A DNA stretch of 64,000 nt from a bacterium (GCA_037143195.1 JBAWZD010000003.1:5333-69332), one strand, 5' to 3'; numbered from the stretch's first letter, positions 1 through 10,106 are shown. Made by a program: numbers and translations. The notes: a model not told the origin generated them from the sequence alone.

Positions 1-1446
1 GTTATAGCGCTCGCGCTTAGTTTCTTTGGGGTGCTTCCGTACACACCACTTGCGCTTGCGATCACACTCGGGATTTTGCTCGCAGTTGCATGGGCGACAA
101 ATGCGCTGTTTGCCTACATCTTTGAAGTGCCAGCCAACGTCGAATCCATCTACATTACGACCTTTATTCTCGCGCTCATCATCACTCCAGGGCAATCACC
201 ATCTGAATATATTTTCATTGGCTGGGCAGCCGTACTTGCGATGGCATCAAAATATATTTTTGCACTCAAACACAAACATATTTTTAATCCGGCGGCCCTT
301 GCTGTTGCAATCACTGCGCTTGCCATCAATGGCTCGGCGAGTTGGTGGGTAGGGACACTGGTGATGATGCCGTTTGTGCTCGTAGGTGGAGTACTCATCG
401 TGCGCAAGATCGTGCGCGCCGACCTCACGCTCGCATTTTTCATTGCAGCACTCACGACGACGCTCGCGTTCACGTTTTTTTCAGGTGGAGACTTGATGAG
501 TACACTCATTCGCACACTCACAAGTTCGCCGATTCTCTTTTTTACATTCATCATGATCACGGAGCCGCTCACGACTCCGCCATCACGCTCACTTCGTATT
601 CTCTATGGAGCATTTGTGGGATTTCTCTTTGCTCCGCAAGTCCACATCGGTGGACTGTATCTCACTCCTGAAATCGCGCTTCTCATTGGAAACGTCTTTT
701 CATATATCGTGAGTCCAAAGAGTCGTCTGACACTCAAGCTCAAAAAGGCGATTCAGGTCACGGCCGATACGGGGGAATTCGTCTTTCAGCCGGACAGTCG
801 CATGCAATTCCTTCCAGGGCAATATCTCGAATGGACACTCGGGCACGAGAGTCCTGACAGTCGAGGCAATAGACGGTACTTCACGATTGCTTCATCGCCA
901 ACAGAGGACGAGCTTCGTCTTGGCGTGAAGTTCTATCCAAACGCAAGTAGTTTCAAAACGAAGCTTGCCGATATGCGTATCGGTGATACGATCATCGCCT
1001 CACAGCTCGCGGGGGATTTCGTCATGCCAAGCAATCCAAAAAAGAAATTGGTCTTTATCGCTGGTGGTATCGGGGTCACGCCATTCCGCTCTATGGTGAA
1101 ATATCTCGTCGACAAGAACGAACAGCGTGATATCGCCATGGTGTATGCAAACAAGACAGTGAGTGATATCGCATACAAAGATTTTTTTGATCAAGCATCT
1201 GCATCTCCACTCGGACTTAAGATGGTGTATACGCTCAGCGACACCAAAGATTTGCCTGCCACATGGAAAGGATACACCGGCTACGTCACCGCGCCCCTTA
1301 TCCAAAAAGAAATTCCCGACTACGAAGATCGACTCTTTTATATCTCCGGCCCCCACAGCATGGTCTCGATGACTGAAGCGATGCTCAAGCAACTCGGTGT
1401 CCCAAGTAGTCACATACGCACCGACTTTTTCCCTGGATTTGCGTAG
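1..1446 (+). CDS. RnfD/NqrB-like membrane domain fused to ferredoxin-NADP reductase-type (FAD/NAD-binding) domain; 5' end lies upstream of the window
   Basis: Frame is open from base 1. Multi-TM N-half has HIFNPAA and FIMITEPLTTP (NqrB/RnfD-like). C-half has RRYFTIASSP, IAGGIGVTPF, YISGP and a terminal FPGF (FNR family). Confidence 0.8.
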   Translation, partial: VIALALSFFGVLPYTPLALAITLGILLAVAWATNALFAYIFEVPANVESIYITTFILALIITPGQSPSEYIFIGWAAVLAMASKYIFALKHKHIFNPAALAVAITALAINGSASWWVGTLVMMPFVLVGGVLIVRKIVRADLTLAFFIAALTTTLAFTFFSGGDLMSTLIRTLTSSPILFFTFIMITEPLTTPPSRSLRILYGAFVGFLFAPQVHIGGLYLTPEIALLIGNVFSYIVSPKSRLTLKLKKAIQVTADTGEFVFQPDSRMQFLPGQYLEWTLGHESPDSRGNRRYFTIASSPTEDELRLGVKFYPNASSFKTKLADMRIGDTIIASQLAGDFVMPSNPKKKLVFIAGGIGVTPFRSMVKYLVDKNEQRDIAMVYANKTVSDIAYKDFFDQASASPLGLKMVYTLSDTKDLPATWKGYTGYVTAPLIQKEIPDYEDRLFYISGPHSMVSMTEAMLKQLGVPSSHIRTDFFPGFA

Positions 1447-1448
1447 TC

Positions 1449-2240
1449 CTATTTCTCCTTCGCTTCTTTCCACGCGAGTTCAAAAATCATGCGCATCATG
1501 TTGTGAATTGTTTTGTCTTCAATGATGACGCCGATTGGTGCGTGCTGGTCAAACTTCGCAAAGAATACTTTGTTTTTGCCGTAGACAATGATCTCGCCGG
1601 GGAAAGGGAAGACTGCGTGTGGGACATAGCGAGCCCGCGCAATAGTACTCTTCTTTAATCCTGAGTGAGTTGTTTCAGTAAACTTTTTGGCTGTTGGTGT
1701 ATCGGGAATGATACCGCGTGCGCTAATGCCGTTCTTTTCTTTGAGTTTGATAAATTCACCAAGTACTTTTGGTGTCATAAATGCGAGTAACGCGTCGGTG
1801 TTTGCAAATGCAAGGAGCTCGTAATTTTTCTCGAGTGTCTGCGTCATATATGCTCTGATGACTTGGTCCTTGCCTTCGTAGAAGGTGACACGGGGCTTGT
1901 TGTCGTGTGATTGAAAAAGTCCCTCAAGCGCCGGTACGAGCTCGGAAGCTTTTTTGTACGCATCTTCAGCAATGCTGATTTTTGATTTCATCGAACGCAG
2001 GAATTTGGCGGGTGATTCGGGGAAGTAGAAGAGTTTTTTCTTTTTCTCGACTTCACCGACGAGCCCGCGCACCGAAAGAATGCCGAGCGTCTTGTAGACC
2101 GTACTGCGGTTTATCTTGGTTGCCTCGGCAATCTCGGAAGGGAATGAACCACCCGTCTCGACGAGATATCCATATATCTGAGCCTCTTTCTCTTCGAGTC
2201 CTGTTCGTTTGAGTTTGTCTACGATGAATTCGTTTGTCAT
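1449..2240 (-). CDS. TrmB-family transcriptional regulator
   Basis: GLEEKEAQIY...SEIAEATKINRSTVYKTL wHTH, VTFYEG and a C-terminal MMRMIFELAW; ATG at 2240 preferred over upstream TTG. Confidence 0.85.
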   Translation of the reverse strand: MTNEFIVDKLKRTGLEEKEAQIYGYLVETGGSFPSEIAEATKINRSTVYKTLGILSVRGLVGEVEKKKKLFYFPESPAKFLRSMKSKISIAEDAYKKASELVPALEGLFQSHDNKPRVTFYEGKDQVIRAYMTQTLEKNYELLAFANTDALLAFMTPKVLGEFIKLKEKNGISARGIIPDTPTAKKFTETTHSGLKKSTIARARYVPHAVFPFPGEIIVYGKNKVFFAKFDQHAPIGVIIEDKTIHNMMRMIFELAWKEAKEK

Positions 2241-2403
2241 ATTATTGGTATTTTTTTGTAACAAAAATATATTGAACTTGAATATATCCTTATTTTATAA
2301 GCATTTTATACTAAATAAACGATAATATATTATGACATATTATGTATTTATATGCAATACTTACGTCGATAAAAGTTATTTTACATTAGAAAAAACAAAA
2401 ATT

Positions 2404-2808
2404 ATGATTTCAAATCTGATTAAAAAGATCTCGTCCTCTATTGATTTGGTCCATACTAAATTATTAGATGATAAAACGCTTGTTAGGTCGTATATCGATG
2501 ACACTAGTTCTCCAAGTGGGCGTATGAGAGTGCTATGCAGCGAGAACTTTATTAATGATCTCAAAATGGTATGGTTGTCCTCTCTCCTGAATGAATATAT
2601 GATGCCACTTTATCTGGCGAACGCCGTGGGTCATCAAGGGAGTGTCGTTCTTGTTGCAACAGAAGCGAATATTCTGGTAACAATTAAGGGACCTAAAAAC
2701 GAATACTCTAAAAATTCATTTGGGGTAACCATGGAGGAAGACATCCTTGGTGCAATTCAGGCGTACGAACTAGCGGTGCGTGAATTACTAGAAAGGGAAC
2801 TTTTTTAG
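2404..2808 (+). CDS. hypothetical protein, divergent from TrmB
   Basis: ORF behind an AT-rich intergenic region and followed by a terminator; start could be 2332. Confidence 0.55.
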   Translation: MISNLIKKISSSIDLVHTKLLDDKTLVRSYIDDTSSPSGRMRVLCSENFINDLKMVWLSSLLNEYMMPLYLANAVGHQGSVVLVATEANILVTIKGPKNEYSKNSFGVTMEEDILGAIQAYELAVRELLERELF

Positions 2809-2818
2809 TAATGTAATT

Positions 2819-2849
2819 AAAACACCTGACAGGCTGGCAGGTGTTTTTT
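2819..2849 (+). terminator. intrinsic terminator
   Basis: AAAACACCTG...CAGGTGTTTT stem with T tail. Confidence 0.7.
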
Positions 2850-2892
2850 GTTACCCGAAGCAGAATACGTGCGAGTGTGGTAGATTGAGTTT

Positions 2893-3375
2893 ATGCTAAA
2901 GAAGCAATCTGACGCCGTGCTCATCCTTCCCGATATTCGCAGTACCTACAATGTGGGTGCTATTTTTCGCACGGCTGATGCGGTTGGCGTCGCAAAAATA
3001 TATCTCGTTGGGATTACGCCTGCTCCGCTTGATCGATTTGGCAGAGTGCGGAGTGATATTGCGAAGTCGGCACTTGGTGCGGAGCAGACTGTGCCGTGGG
3101 AACAGTGTGCGCGAATCGCGCCACTCATCACTCGACTGAAAAAAGTGGGGTATACGATTGTGGCTATTGAACAATCGGCGCGTTCGGTGGATTACAAAAA
3201 GGTCCGCGTGAGCGGACCGACTGCCTTTATTCTCGGGAATGAGGTTACAGGAATTCCTCAATCTGTACTCGCAAAATCTGATATCATCGCTGAAATTCCG
3301 ATGCAGGGCATGAAAGAATCGCTCAACGTTTCCGTCGCGACTGGGATTGCACTCTTCCGAATGCTTGGGCAATAG
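2893..3375 (+). CDS. SpoU/TrmH-family RNA methyltransferase
   Basis: IRSTYNVGAIFRTADA, ILGNEVTG, IPMQGMKESLNVSVA SPOUT motifs. Confidence 0.92.
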   Translation: MLKKQSDAVLILPDIRSTYNVGAIFRTADAVGVAKIYLVGITPAPLDRFGRVRSDIAKSALGAEQTVPWEQCARIAPLITRLKKVGYTIVAIEQSARSVDYKKVRVSGPTAFILGNEVTGIPQSVLAKSDIIAEIPMQGMKESLNVSVATGIALFRMLGQ

Positions 3376-3561
3376 TTACTGGCCGGGACCGTACGTTTTG
3401 CCGGTGCCACCGATTGGAGCAGGGTCAAGGAAAGCTCCTGTTTGGTTTTGAGCACGCTCGGGTCCGCCAGTGAAATACCAGAGTACCCATACTCCAGCGA
3501 CAATGATGATGAACCATGTGAGTGTACCTCCGCGTTCTTTGTGTTTTGATTGTTGAATCAT
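3376..3561 (-). CDS. small single-TM membrane protein
   Basis: MIQQSKHKERGG followed by hydrophobic WFIIIVAGVWVLWYF; directly downstream of mutM. Confidence 0.55.
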   Translation of the reverse strand: MIQQSKHKERGGTLTWFIIIVAGVWVLWYFTGGPERAQNQTGAFLDPAPIGGTGKTYGPGQ

Positions 3562-3562
3562 A

Positions 3563-4498
3563 TTATTTCCACAATTGTTGATGCCGTGGACAGAAGTGTG
3601 TGCTTCTCCCACCAACGACTATACGAAGTATATCACCTTTGCACCCAGATTTTTTGCACGGTTTGCCGGTGAGTCGGTAGGCATTGTGTTCGTGACTGAA
3701 GTTGCCTCGAGTGCCATCGATTTGTCGGTAGTCACTTGTTGAATCTCCACCAAAATCAATTCCTTTTTCAAGTACTGTTCGTACTGAGCGGAAGAGACGC
3801 TCGAGTACATCGAGAGGAATTTTGCTTGTGATTGAGAGGGGATGAATACCAGCGAGCCAAAGTGCTTCGTCGGAATAAATATTGCCGATACCTGCTACGA
3901 CATTTTGATCCATGAGTATCGTTTTGATTTTGCCTTTTGGTTTGGTCGCGATGCGAGCAATAAATTCTTTTGCAGTAAATCGTGCGTCGAGTGGCTCGGG
4001 ACCAATACCGTCGAGGTGTTTGGTCGTGTGAGCGATTTCGGTCGAAAGAAGTGTGACTTTTGCAAATTTGCGTACGTCGGAGAGGACGAGTTGTTTGCTG
4101 TTCGTGAATGTAATCACGAGATGCAGGTGTCGGTTGAATGGATCACGAAGCGCGTCATTTTTTTCGGTAGGACTTGGCGTCCATTCATTCGTTTTTGTGT
4201 CGAGCACATAGTCACCGTACATGAGATGTCCGGTCATTTTCATGTGGATGAGGATTGTGTTTCCATTATTCAAATTGAGGAGAATATTTTTGGCACGACG
4301 TTCAGCCGAAATGATGATTGCTCTGTGAACTGTTTTTTGAAAGTGCTCAAAGAAGGGGAGATATTTTATGGTGTCGTGATAGTCAGCGCGCGCTACGCGC
4401 GCGCGAGGCAAATCACTCCACACATCACGAATGGTAAGTCCGCGAACAGTCGCGTTGAGACCATTCACAGTCGTTTGGACCTCAGGAAGTTCAGGCAT
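3563..4498 (-). CDS. mutM: formamidopyrimidine-DNA glycosylase (Fpg)
   Basis: N-terminal MPELPEV, HMKMTG, DVRKFA, GIGNIYSDE H2TH and C-terminal zinc finger (CKKSGC...RSTHFCPRHQ). Confidence 0.96.
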   Translation of the reverse strand: MPELPEVQTTVNGLNATVRGLTIRDVWSDLPRARVARADYHDTIKYLPFFEHFQKTVHRAIIISAERRAKNILLNLNNGNTILIHMKMTGHLMYGDYVLDTKTNEWTPSPTEKNDALRDPFNRHLHLVITFTNSKQLVLSDVRKFAKVTLLSTEIAHTTKHLDGIGPEPLDARFTAKEFIARIATKPKGKIKTILMDQNVVAGIGNIYSDEALWLAGIHPLSITSKIPLDVLERLFRSVRTVLEKGIDFGGDSTSDYRQIDGTRGNFSHEHNAYRLTGKPCKKSGCKGDILRIVVGGRSTHFCPRHQQLWK

Positions 4499-4595
4499 GG
4501 GCGTAGTATAGCACTGTCTCAAAATACAAATCAGAGAGTCTTCGCATCTTTGACTTTATAATTGGTTGTGGCAAGATGATTCAAAATCAAGAAAT

Positions 4596-5114
4596 ATGAA
4601 AATGAAATATTATTCATTGTACCTGACGGTCCAGAAGCCACAGGTCATTATCGAAGCAAAACAATACGATTTGCTCTCCCGGACAAGGTGTTCCGGAATT
4701 TGCTTACCGTCCTTTATTGCAGTGGGTGCGATCCAAGACTTTGGTTTCCCACTCGATTTCGAAAGTTGTTTGAAACGAGTGAAGGAACATGGTATCTACG
4801 GGCTGTGTCAACCGGATTATGTGTTACGTGCCCCGTTAACCGGGCGCGCAACGGTTTTTTTGATAAATCCGGAATCAGCTGGTGGGCTTATTCCTGTTTA
4901 TGGGCAAACGGAATTTGCAATCTGGTTCCAGCGGAGGCTTTACGGTTTAATGAGGGAACACGAATTGCGCTTGAAGTGTTTCATTAAGAAAAGCCACCCT
5001 TATTCAAAAAGCCCCTTCCGATTAATGGAAAGGGGCTTTTATGCTTATTTTGAGTCGTTTTATTTCTGGACAAGACGCACTAGGGCGTACGTTTTATCGA
5101 GTACTTCATTGTAA
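4596..5114 (+). CDS. hypothetical protein
   Basis: ORF preceded by a TTGACT -35-like box; its 3' part runs through a terminator hairpin and overlaps the convergent gene. Confidence 0.4.
   Translation: MKMKYYSLYLTVQKPQVIIEAKQYDLLSRTRCSGICLPSFIAVGAIQDFGFPLDFESCLKRVKEHGIYGLCQPDYVLRAPLTGRATVFLINPESAGGLIPVYGQTEFAIWFQRRLYGLMREHELRLKCFIKKSHPYSKSPFRLMERGFYAYFESFYFWTRRTRAYVLSSTSL
5007..5040. terminator. bidirectional intrinsic terminator
   Basis: AAAAGCCCCTTCC...GGAAAGGGGCTTTT between convergent ORFs. Confidence 0.7.
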
Positions 5115-6442
5115 CTCGATTTATCTACGAGGTGCCCAAACTGAGCACCATCGTCATAAAAAGTTACAAAGAGGCATTCTCCATTGATTGTAGATGTCGA
5201 TGGAGTGCCGAAAGAGATTACAGGAATCCCCTTGAGGACTAGCTCGTCCTGCACCTCTTTTGGGAAGAGGATTGTTTTGTTCGCTATCAGGGTTGATAGC
5301 GAAACCCCGAGGGGAATAGTGTTTGGTTTCAAAGAGACGTAATAGTACGCCTCCTCAAGCGAAACAACTTCCTTTTGGAATATGTATACCTCGAAGGTAT
5401 ATTTTTTCCCTGGCTCAACACGCAATGTGTCCGAGTATCCATGGATGACAAAAGAGTCGATCCAAGTACTACCAGTCATTTGGGTGTTGTAACCCCTCAG
5501 GAATGTTTTTCCAGCCAATCGGAAGTTTAAATCTTTTGGAAGCCTGACATCAAATTTGTAGTCAGGATCTTTCCAGGATACTCCAACGATAGGATCGCTT
5601 GCTTTCGGTGGCTTCGGTTGTGGCAAGGTGATCGTCGCTATTTCTGTCACTTCACATCCAGTAATCGGGTCAATGATCGTAATCGTGTCATTTTCCACAA
5701 TCATTCCATTCGTGTCGATTCCGTTAGGATGGTCAGAGTGAATTATCTGCGTCAGTCCTTCACAGCTCATAATTTGAGTAACCAATAATGTGTCGCTTTT
5801 AACAGGGGAGTTAAATTGCGAGTAGCGCTGATTTCTGATTATCGAACGCAATAATTGCATGTCCGGTTCAATAGGTTGCACAGAAATTACTTTAGCCGAG
5901 TCCGACAATGTAACGATTGATAACAATTTCATGCTATCTAAGACCAGCGGGAATCTCGACTCTTTGTACAAGTGGGCGGTATCATCACCGCCTTTTGCTG
6001 TGATTGTTGGGATGCAGTGGATCACGGCATTAATTTTTTTGTAACCCAGAAAATCTCGGGTTGCTTCTCGAACCTGAGGAGATGATACGGTGCTGTCGAA
6101 GTCTATCGACAAGCTGTACGTCATTTCCTCGGTTGGTCCGCTTCTCGCAGTGTCTCCAATATTACCGACGTTGATTTCTCTTACGAAATCGCGAAATGAG
6201 TTTAAGTCCCCAATTATATTGAATGGGAACCATGCAACACAATTTCTGTAATTGTACAGTAATCTTAGAGAATCATTCCCTGCTTTGAGGCAGGGGATAG
6301 CGACGATACTATCCTTTGTTGCTGTGCGCCAACCAGCGGAACATTTGCATGTTGCTGGTACGTACGGGGCGTCTGTATTTTGAGCCCAGACTGAGGCTGT
6401 CGACGCGCAGAAAAGGAGCGCTAAAATAACGATTTTTTTCAT
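5060..6442 (-). CDS. secreted hypothetical protein
   Basis: 460-aa ORF with Sec signal MKKIVILALLFCASTASVWA|Q; no recognised domain. Confidence 0.75.
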   Translation of the reverse strand: MKKIVILALLFCASTASVWAQNTDAPYVPATCKCSAGWRTATKDSIVAIPCLKAGNDSLRLLYNYRNCVAWFPFNIIGDLNSFRDFVREINVGNIGDTARSGPTEEMTYSLSIDFDSTVSSPQVREATRDFLGYKKINAVIHCIPTITAKGGDDTAHLYKESRFPLVLDSMKLLSIVTLSDSAKVISVQPIEPDMQLLRSIIRNQRYSQFNSPVKSDTLLVTQIMSCEGLTQIIHSDHPNGIDTNGMIVENDTITIIDPITGCEVTEIATITLPQPKPPKASDPIVGVSWKDPDYKFDVRLPKDLNFRLAGKTFLRGYNTQMTGSTWIDSFVIHGYSDTLRVEPGKKYTFEVYIFQKEVVSLEEAYYYVSLKPNTIPLGVSLSTLIANKTILFPKEVQDELVLKGIPVISFGTPSTSTINGECLFVTFYDDGAQFGHLVDKSSYNEVLDKTYALVRLVQK

Positions 6443-6589
6443 ATTTATTTATAAAATGGTTTGATTGCACAATACTATAATTTGCACAAAAAGTCAAACT
6501 GTTTCACTCTGTTTGTTTGACAAGTCTATATAAATATGCTAATGTGCGGTTAACTAGAAAGTATTTAAAAACCAAAAAAGTTATAGAAA

Positions 6590-7126
6590 ATGAGAAAACT
6601 CATCATTTTATTGTGCGTGATAGTGGCATTCGCACCCACAACTATTTTTGCTCAGGCAGATTCTTCCGCAAGGAAGCCCATGCCGAACGTGAACTCCTAC
6701 CTCCTTTCTAAATCAGAGGAAGCGGGAATCAAGCACCCCGCGAATTGGGTGTTCGACTTAGCGGAAAGTCGCGTTGTTGAGGCCACAATTGGTCTCGACA
6801 ACGAGCAAATCAGCCTCAATTGGCAGAGGAGGGGCAAAAAAAAGACCCTCCACTACCGGTTGGTGGAAAATGATGTAAAAGTCGAAATTGTTCGGCGAAA
6901 GTCGAAGATTATTTCGCTTGAGTATGCAAGCAAACTGCCGGAGTCTGAGGACCGTCAGAACACGAGGAAAATCCATTTTGAACCGGGCAAACCGTTTCAA
7001 ATCTCTGGATTTTTAAATCCTCAACAGGCTCTCGAGGCAATCTCGGAAGCTCTTGATGGAGCGAAAGAAGTCCTCGAAGAACTCGTCGAGCCTCCAAAAG
7101 GCAAAAAAATGAGAAAGCATAAATAA
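6590..7126 (+). CDS. secreted hypothetical protein
   Basis: Signal MRKLIILLCVIVAFAPTTIFA|Q; TTGACA at 6517; terminator at about 7144-7180. Confidence 0.75.
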   Translation: MRKLIILLCVIVAFAPTTIFAQADSSARKPMPNVNSYLLSKSEEAGIKHPANWVFDLAESRVVEATIGLDNEQISLNWQRRGKKKTLHYRLVENDVKVEIVRRKSKIISLEYASKLPESEDRQNTRKIHFEPGKPFQISGFLNPQQALEAISEALDGAKEVLEELVEPPKGKKMRKHK

Positions 7127-7247
7127 AACCATGCTTAATGATAGAAGATTCCCTGTACATCAAAGTACGGGGGATTTTTTATTTACATACTCTGCTCTGC
7201 ATGGCATAATTGCTTAGTAACGATTTTATAAATTCACTCACAGCATT

Positions 7248-9521
7248 ATGGTCATCAAAAAAGATAAGTTTCCGTCGGTAAATGAAAATGTTCTCGATAC
7301 TGCATCGAATACGATGGAGCAATCTTCTGCAACCCAACCCCCCTTAGGGAAGATTGATCGCTCGGAACATCTTCGCAAGACAGCAGCCAAGGGACTTGTC
7401 GACAAACTTCTGTCCGACCATCTTTCACTTGCAGTGAGCACCAAAGCGACACTTGATGAGCTTACAAAAATTGAAATCAAAGCACGTGAAGTGTGTGAGA
7501 CAGCTGGGTTCTCAGATGCGGAGACGAGTGAAGTCATGCACCGTTTCGCTGAGAACAAGCGTGGAGAAACAATCTCGGGAACGATTGAAGACTTGAGCGA
7601 ACAAACAATTTCTTCCTCGAATCGATATGAGCCGAGGGATATTTTTGCGGCAGACAATCCGGTGGAGAATACAGTCTCAGAATATGAGAGTACAAATGAT
7701 TCACGACCACAGCCTGAGCTCGGCTGGCGTTCACGTTTGAATGTTTGGGCCAACAGTGCACTCCTCGGGCGACCAAGGGAGGATGCTCAAAAAGATGAGC
7801 AGGCACGTCTTCTGAACCGCGAAGCAGAAGCGCGTAAAACAAAGGAAGCTGAGTTTGAGCGCGAGCGCCAGACGAAGGCGAGTACGTGGTATTCGCGTGC
7901 GTGGAATCAGTTTGCGTTTGGTGTTACTCCAGAGGAGGTAGAGCGTCGCGCGCAGGAAGCTCGCGAAGAACGATTTAAACGTGAGCTCGATAAGCCTGCA
8001 AAGAAAAAATTCCTCGGTATCGATGTGGGAAGATTTTTCCGTAATACAACCAAGCTTGCTGTCGCAGGAGGAATACTCGCTACGGCGAATGGATTGAAGA
8101 ATAACCAAAAGGCTGATACTGCGGAAGCGTTCGCGAACCGTGACAGTGTCAAGACAGAAGCGCGCGCTTCAGCTGATACGGCAAGATTCGTAAGTGCAGA
8201 CACGCTCACTCGCGGGGGAGATACGCTTAGCGAAGGAAAGCATTCTGAGAAAACACTCGCATGGAATTCATCTAAAAAATTTGCGACCCAAGACACAGTG
8301 CGAAATGATACCGAGAAAGTACAGCTCCTCGTGGATCCTCGAACACTCGACGAAGCATTTGAAGATTCAGTTGCAACTGCTTCTGACAGTGTTGAAAAAA
8401 TCATGTATCCGAAGATTGATACTGTCGGGAAAGAGAACATGACACCCGAAGTCATGGAACGCCTGAAACAGACACCCATTCAATGGGACTGGAAGGGAGC
8501 TGAAGCTGAAGCTCGCAGAAGCGGGTATGATTTTTCACCATTTCGCACTCCGAATAGTTATGATGTTTCTGTTGGTGAGCGCACCGGTAGTTTCTTTATC
8601 GAAGATTTTGAACTCATCAATGTTGGTGGAGTTCAGTTTACTCGCAAGTTCTACGAGCAAATGGACAAGAATGCGGTAAAAGAGTTGAAAGACAATCCAC
8701 ATGCGTTGCTTGTGTATGTAAAAAATCTTGAGGACAACCTTATCCAGAAAGAAAGTGTTCGTACCTACACAATCGACCTTTTGGAAAAAGGGGAGGAACT
8801 TGCGTTTAGGGATGGGGTTCTCATGTGGAAGACTCCAATCTTGCACGGGGCAGATGATTCTCTCACGGCCGAACAACGTCTCGCGCAAAACGCGACACGG
8901 CTTACGCCGACCGGCATGAAGAATGTCACACTTGTCGATGCTGACTATCAGAAAAAATACAATCTTGATTTGAAACCAGAAGGACATGGCGGATTTAAAT
9001 ACCTCTTCCACATCGATGGTCGTTCATACAAGCATGAGTTTATCGAGAGTGACAAGGGGCAAGCAGCTGCAGTGAAATCCGAAAACAAAAACGATCGTTG
9101 CCGTAGCGGAATGTGTGAGCGCCAATCAAGTTCGAGTCTCGATTTGCTGGTGAAGTACATGCTCCCCGCAGAGAAAAATGCTGACGGAGAACGTTCTTTC
9201 ACTTCATATATTTTCGGGAAGGGTGAGAGTATCGATCCAGTAACAGGAGCAGTCACAAATGAAACAAACGCTGAAGCGCTTAAGAAATTAAAAATACTGG
9301 CAGAGGAAAATCGCAAGAAGATGCTCTTGGAATATCGTATCAGTAAAATCACTGTGAATACACAAGGAGGTGATGATGAAGCGAAAGTTGAGAGTGCCCG
9401 CGAACATGGGGAGGTTCGTGCAATTCGAACGATCATGCGAAAGAATAAGACCAAGAACACGTACAATCAGACAATCGCTCATCGTCCTGAAAACAAGCCA
9501 CAACTTCCGATTGGGGGATGA
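7248..9521 (+). CDS. large hypothetical protein with a C-terminal L,D-transpeptidase (YkuD)-like domain
   Basis: Charged N-terminus and a central hydrophobic stretch, then YTIDL...RDGVLMWKTPILHG...TPTG...FH...RSGMCER, resembling the YkuD fold and its H...S-x-x-C motif. Confidence 0.6.
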   Translation: MVIKKDKFPSVNENVLDTASNTMEQSSATQPPLGKIDRSEHLRKTAAKGLVDKLLSDHLSLAVSTKATLDELTKIEIKAREVCETAGFSDAETSEVMHRFAENKRGETISGTIEDLSEQTISSSNRYEPRDIFAADNPVENTVSEYESTNDSRPQPELGWRSRLNVWANSALLGRPREDAQKDEQARLLNREAEARKTKEAEFERERQTKASTWYSRAWNQFAFGVTPEEVERRAQEAREERFKRELDKPAKKKFLGIDVGRFFRNTTKLAVAGGILATANGLKNNQKADTAEAFANRDSVKTEARASADTARFVSADTLTRGGDTLSEGKHSEKTLAWNSSKKFATQDTVRNDTEKVQLLVDPRTLDEAFEDSVATASDSVEKIMYPKIDTVGKENMTPEVMERLKQTPIQWDWKGAEAEARRSGYDFSPFRTPNSYDVSVGERTGSFFIEDFELINVGGVQFTRKFYEQMDKNAVKELKDNPHALLVYVKNLEDNLIQKESVRTYTIDLLEKGEELAFRDGVLMWKTPILHGADDSLTAEQRLAQNATRLTPTGMKNVTLVDADYQKKYNLDLKPEGHGGFKYLFHIDGRSYKHEFIESDKGQAAAVKSENKNDRCRSGMCERQSSSSLDLLVKYMLPAEKNADGERSFTSYIFGKGESIDPVTGAVTNETNAEALKKLKILAEENRKKMLLEYRISKITVNTQGGDDEAKVESAREHGEVRAIRTIMRKNKTKNTYNQTIAHRPENKPQLPIGG

Positions 9522-9527
9522 TCTCCG

Positions 9528-10106
9528 CTATTTCTTTCCAAGTAGTTTCAGTGCTTCTTTGATGCGAGCATTTGTTCCGACGATATCGTTTGGAATTTCT
9601 TTGACGACTTCGCGTGCTTCATTTTGAGAATAGCCGAGTGCTTTGAGGGCTTCGATGATATCGCTTTCGGCACGAAGGACGCTTGGCGTCTCACTCATGC
9701 TACTGTGAGCTTTGAGTTTGTCGCGGAGTTCGAGCACGACCTTCTCAGCGGTCTTGCGACCAATGCCGGAGACTTTGGTGAGGTAGCTTGTGTCTCCTGT
9801 GGCGATAGCTTTCTTGAGTGTTTCGGTTGAGGTCGCACTCAAAATACCGAGGGCTGATTTTGGACCAATACCACTGACTGAAATGAGGAGTTCGAAGAAA
9901 TCTTTTTCATCACTCGTATCGAATCCGTAGAGATCAAGGGCGTCCTCTCGCACGGCGAGGTACGTATGCAAGTTTGCACGCGTATCGAGATCGAGCCGCG
10001 CGAGCGTGTCGCTCGAGCACGAGACTTTGTAGCCGACGCCATTCACGTCGAGGACGATGTATTTTTCAGCTTTGTCGATAACGGTGCCAGAGAGGTGAGC
10101 AATCAT
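9528..10106 (-). CDS. ruvA: Holliday junction branch migration protein RuvA
   Basis: MIAHLSG, VNGVGY, REDALDLYGF, VSGIGPKSA, GIGRKTAEK, ALKALGY. Confidence 0.97.
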   Translation of the reverse strand: MIAHLSGTVIDKAEKYIVLDVNGVGYKVSCSSDTLARLDLDTRANLHTYLAVREDALDLYGFDTSDEKDFFELLISVSGIGPKSALGILSATSTETLKKAIATGDTSYLTKVSGIGRKTAEKVVLELRDKLKAHSSMSETPSVLRAESDIIEALKALGYSQNEAREVVKEIPNDIVGTNARIKEALKLLGKK

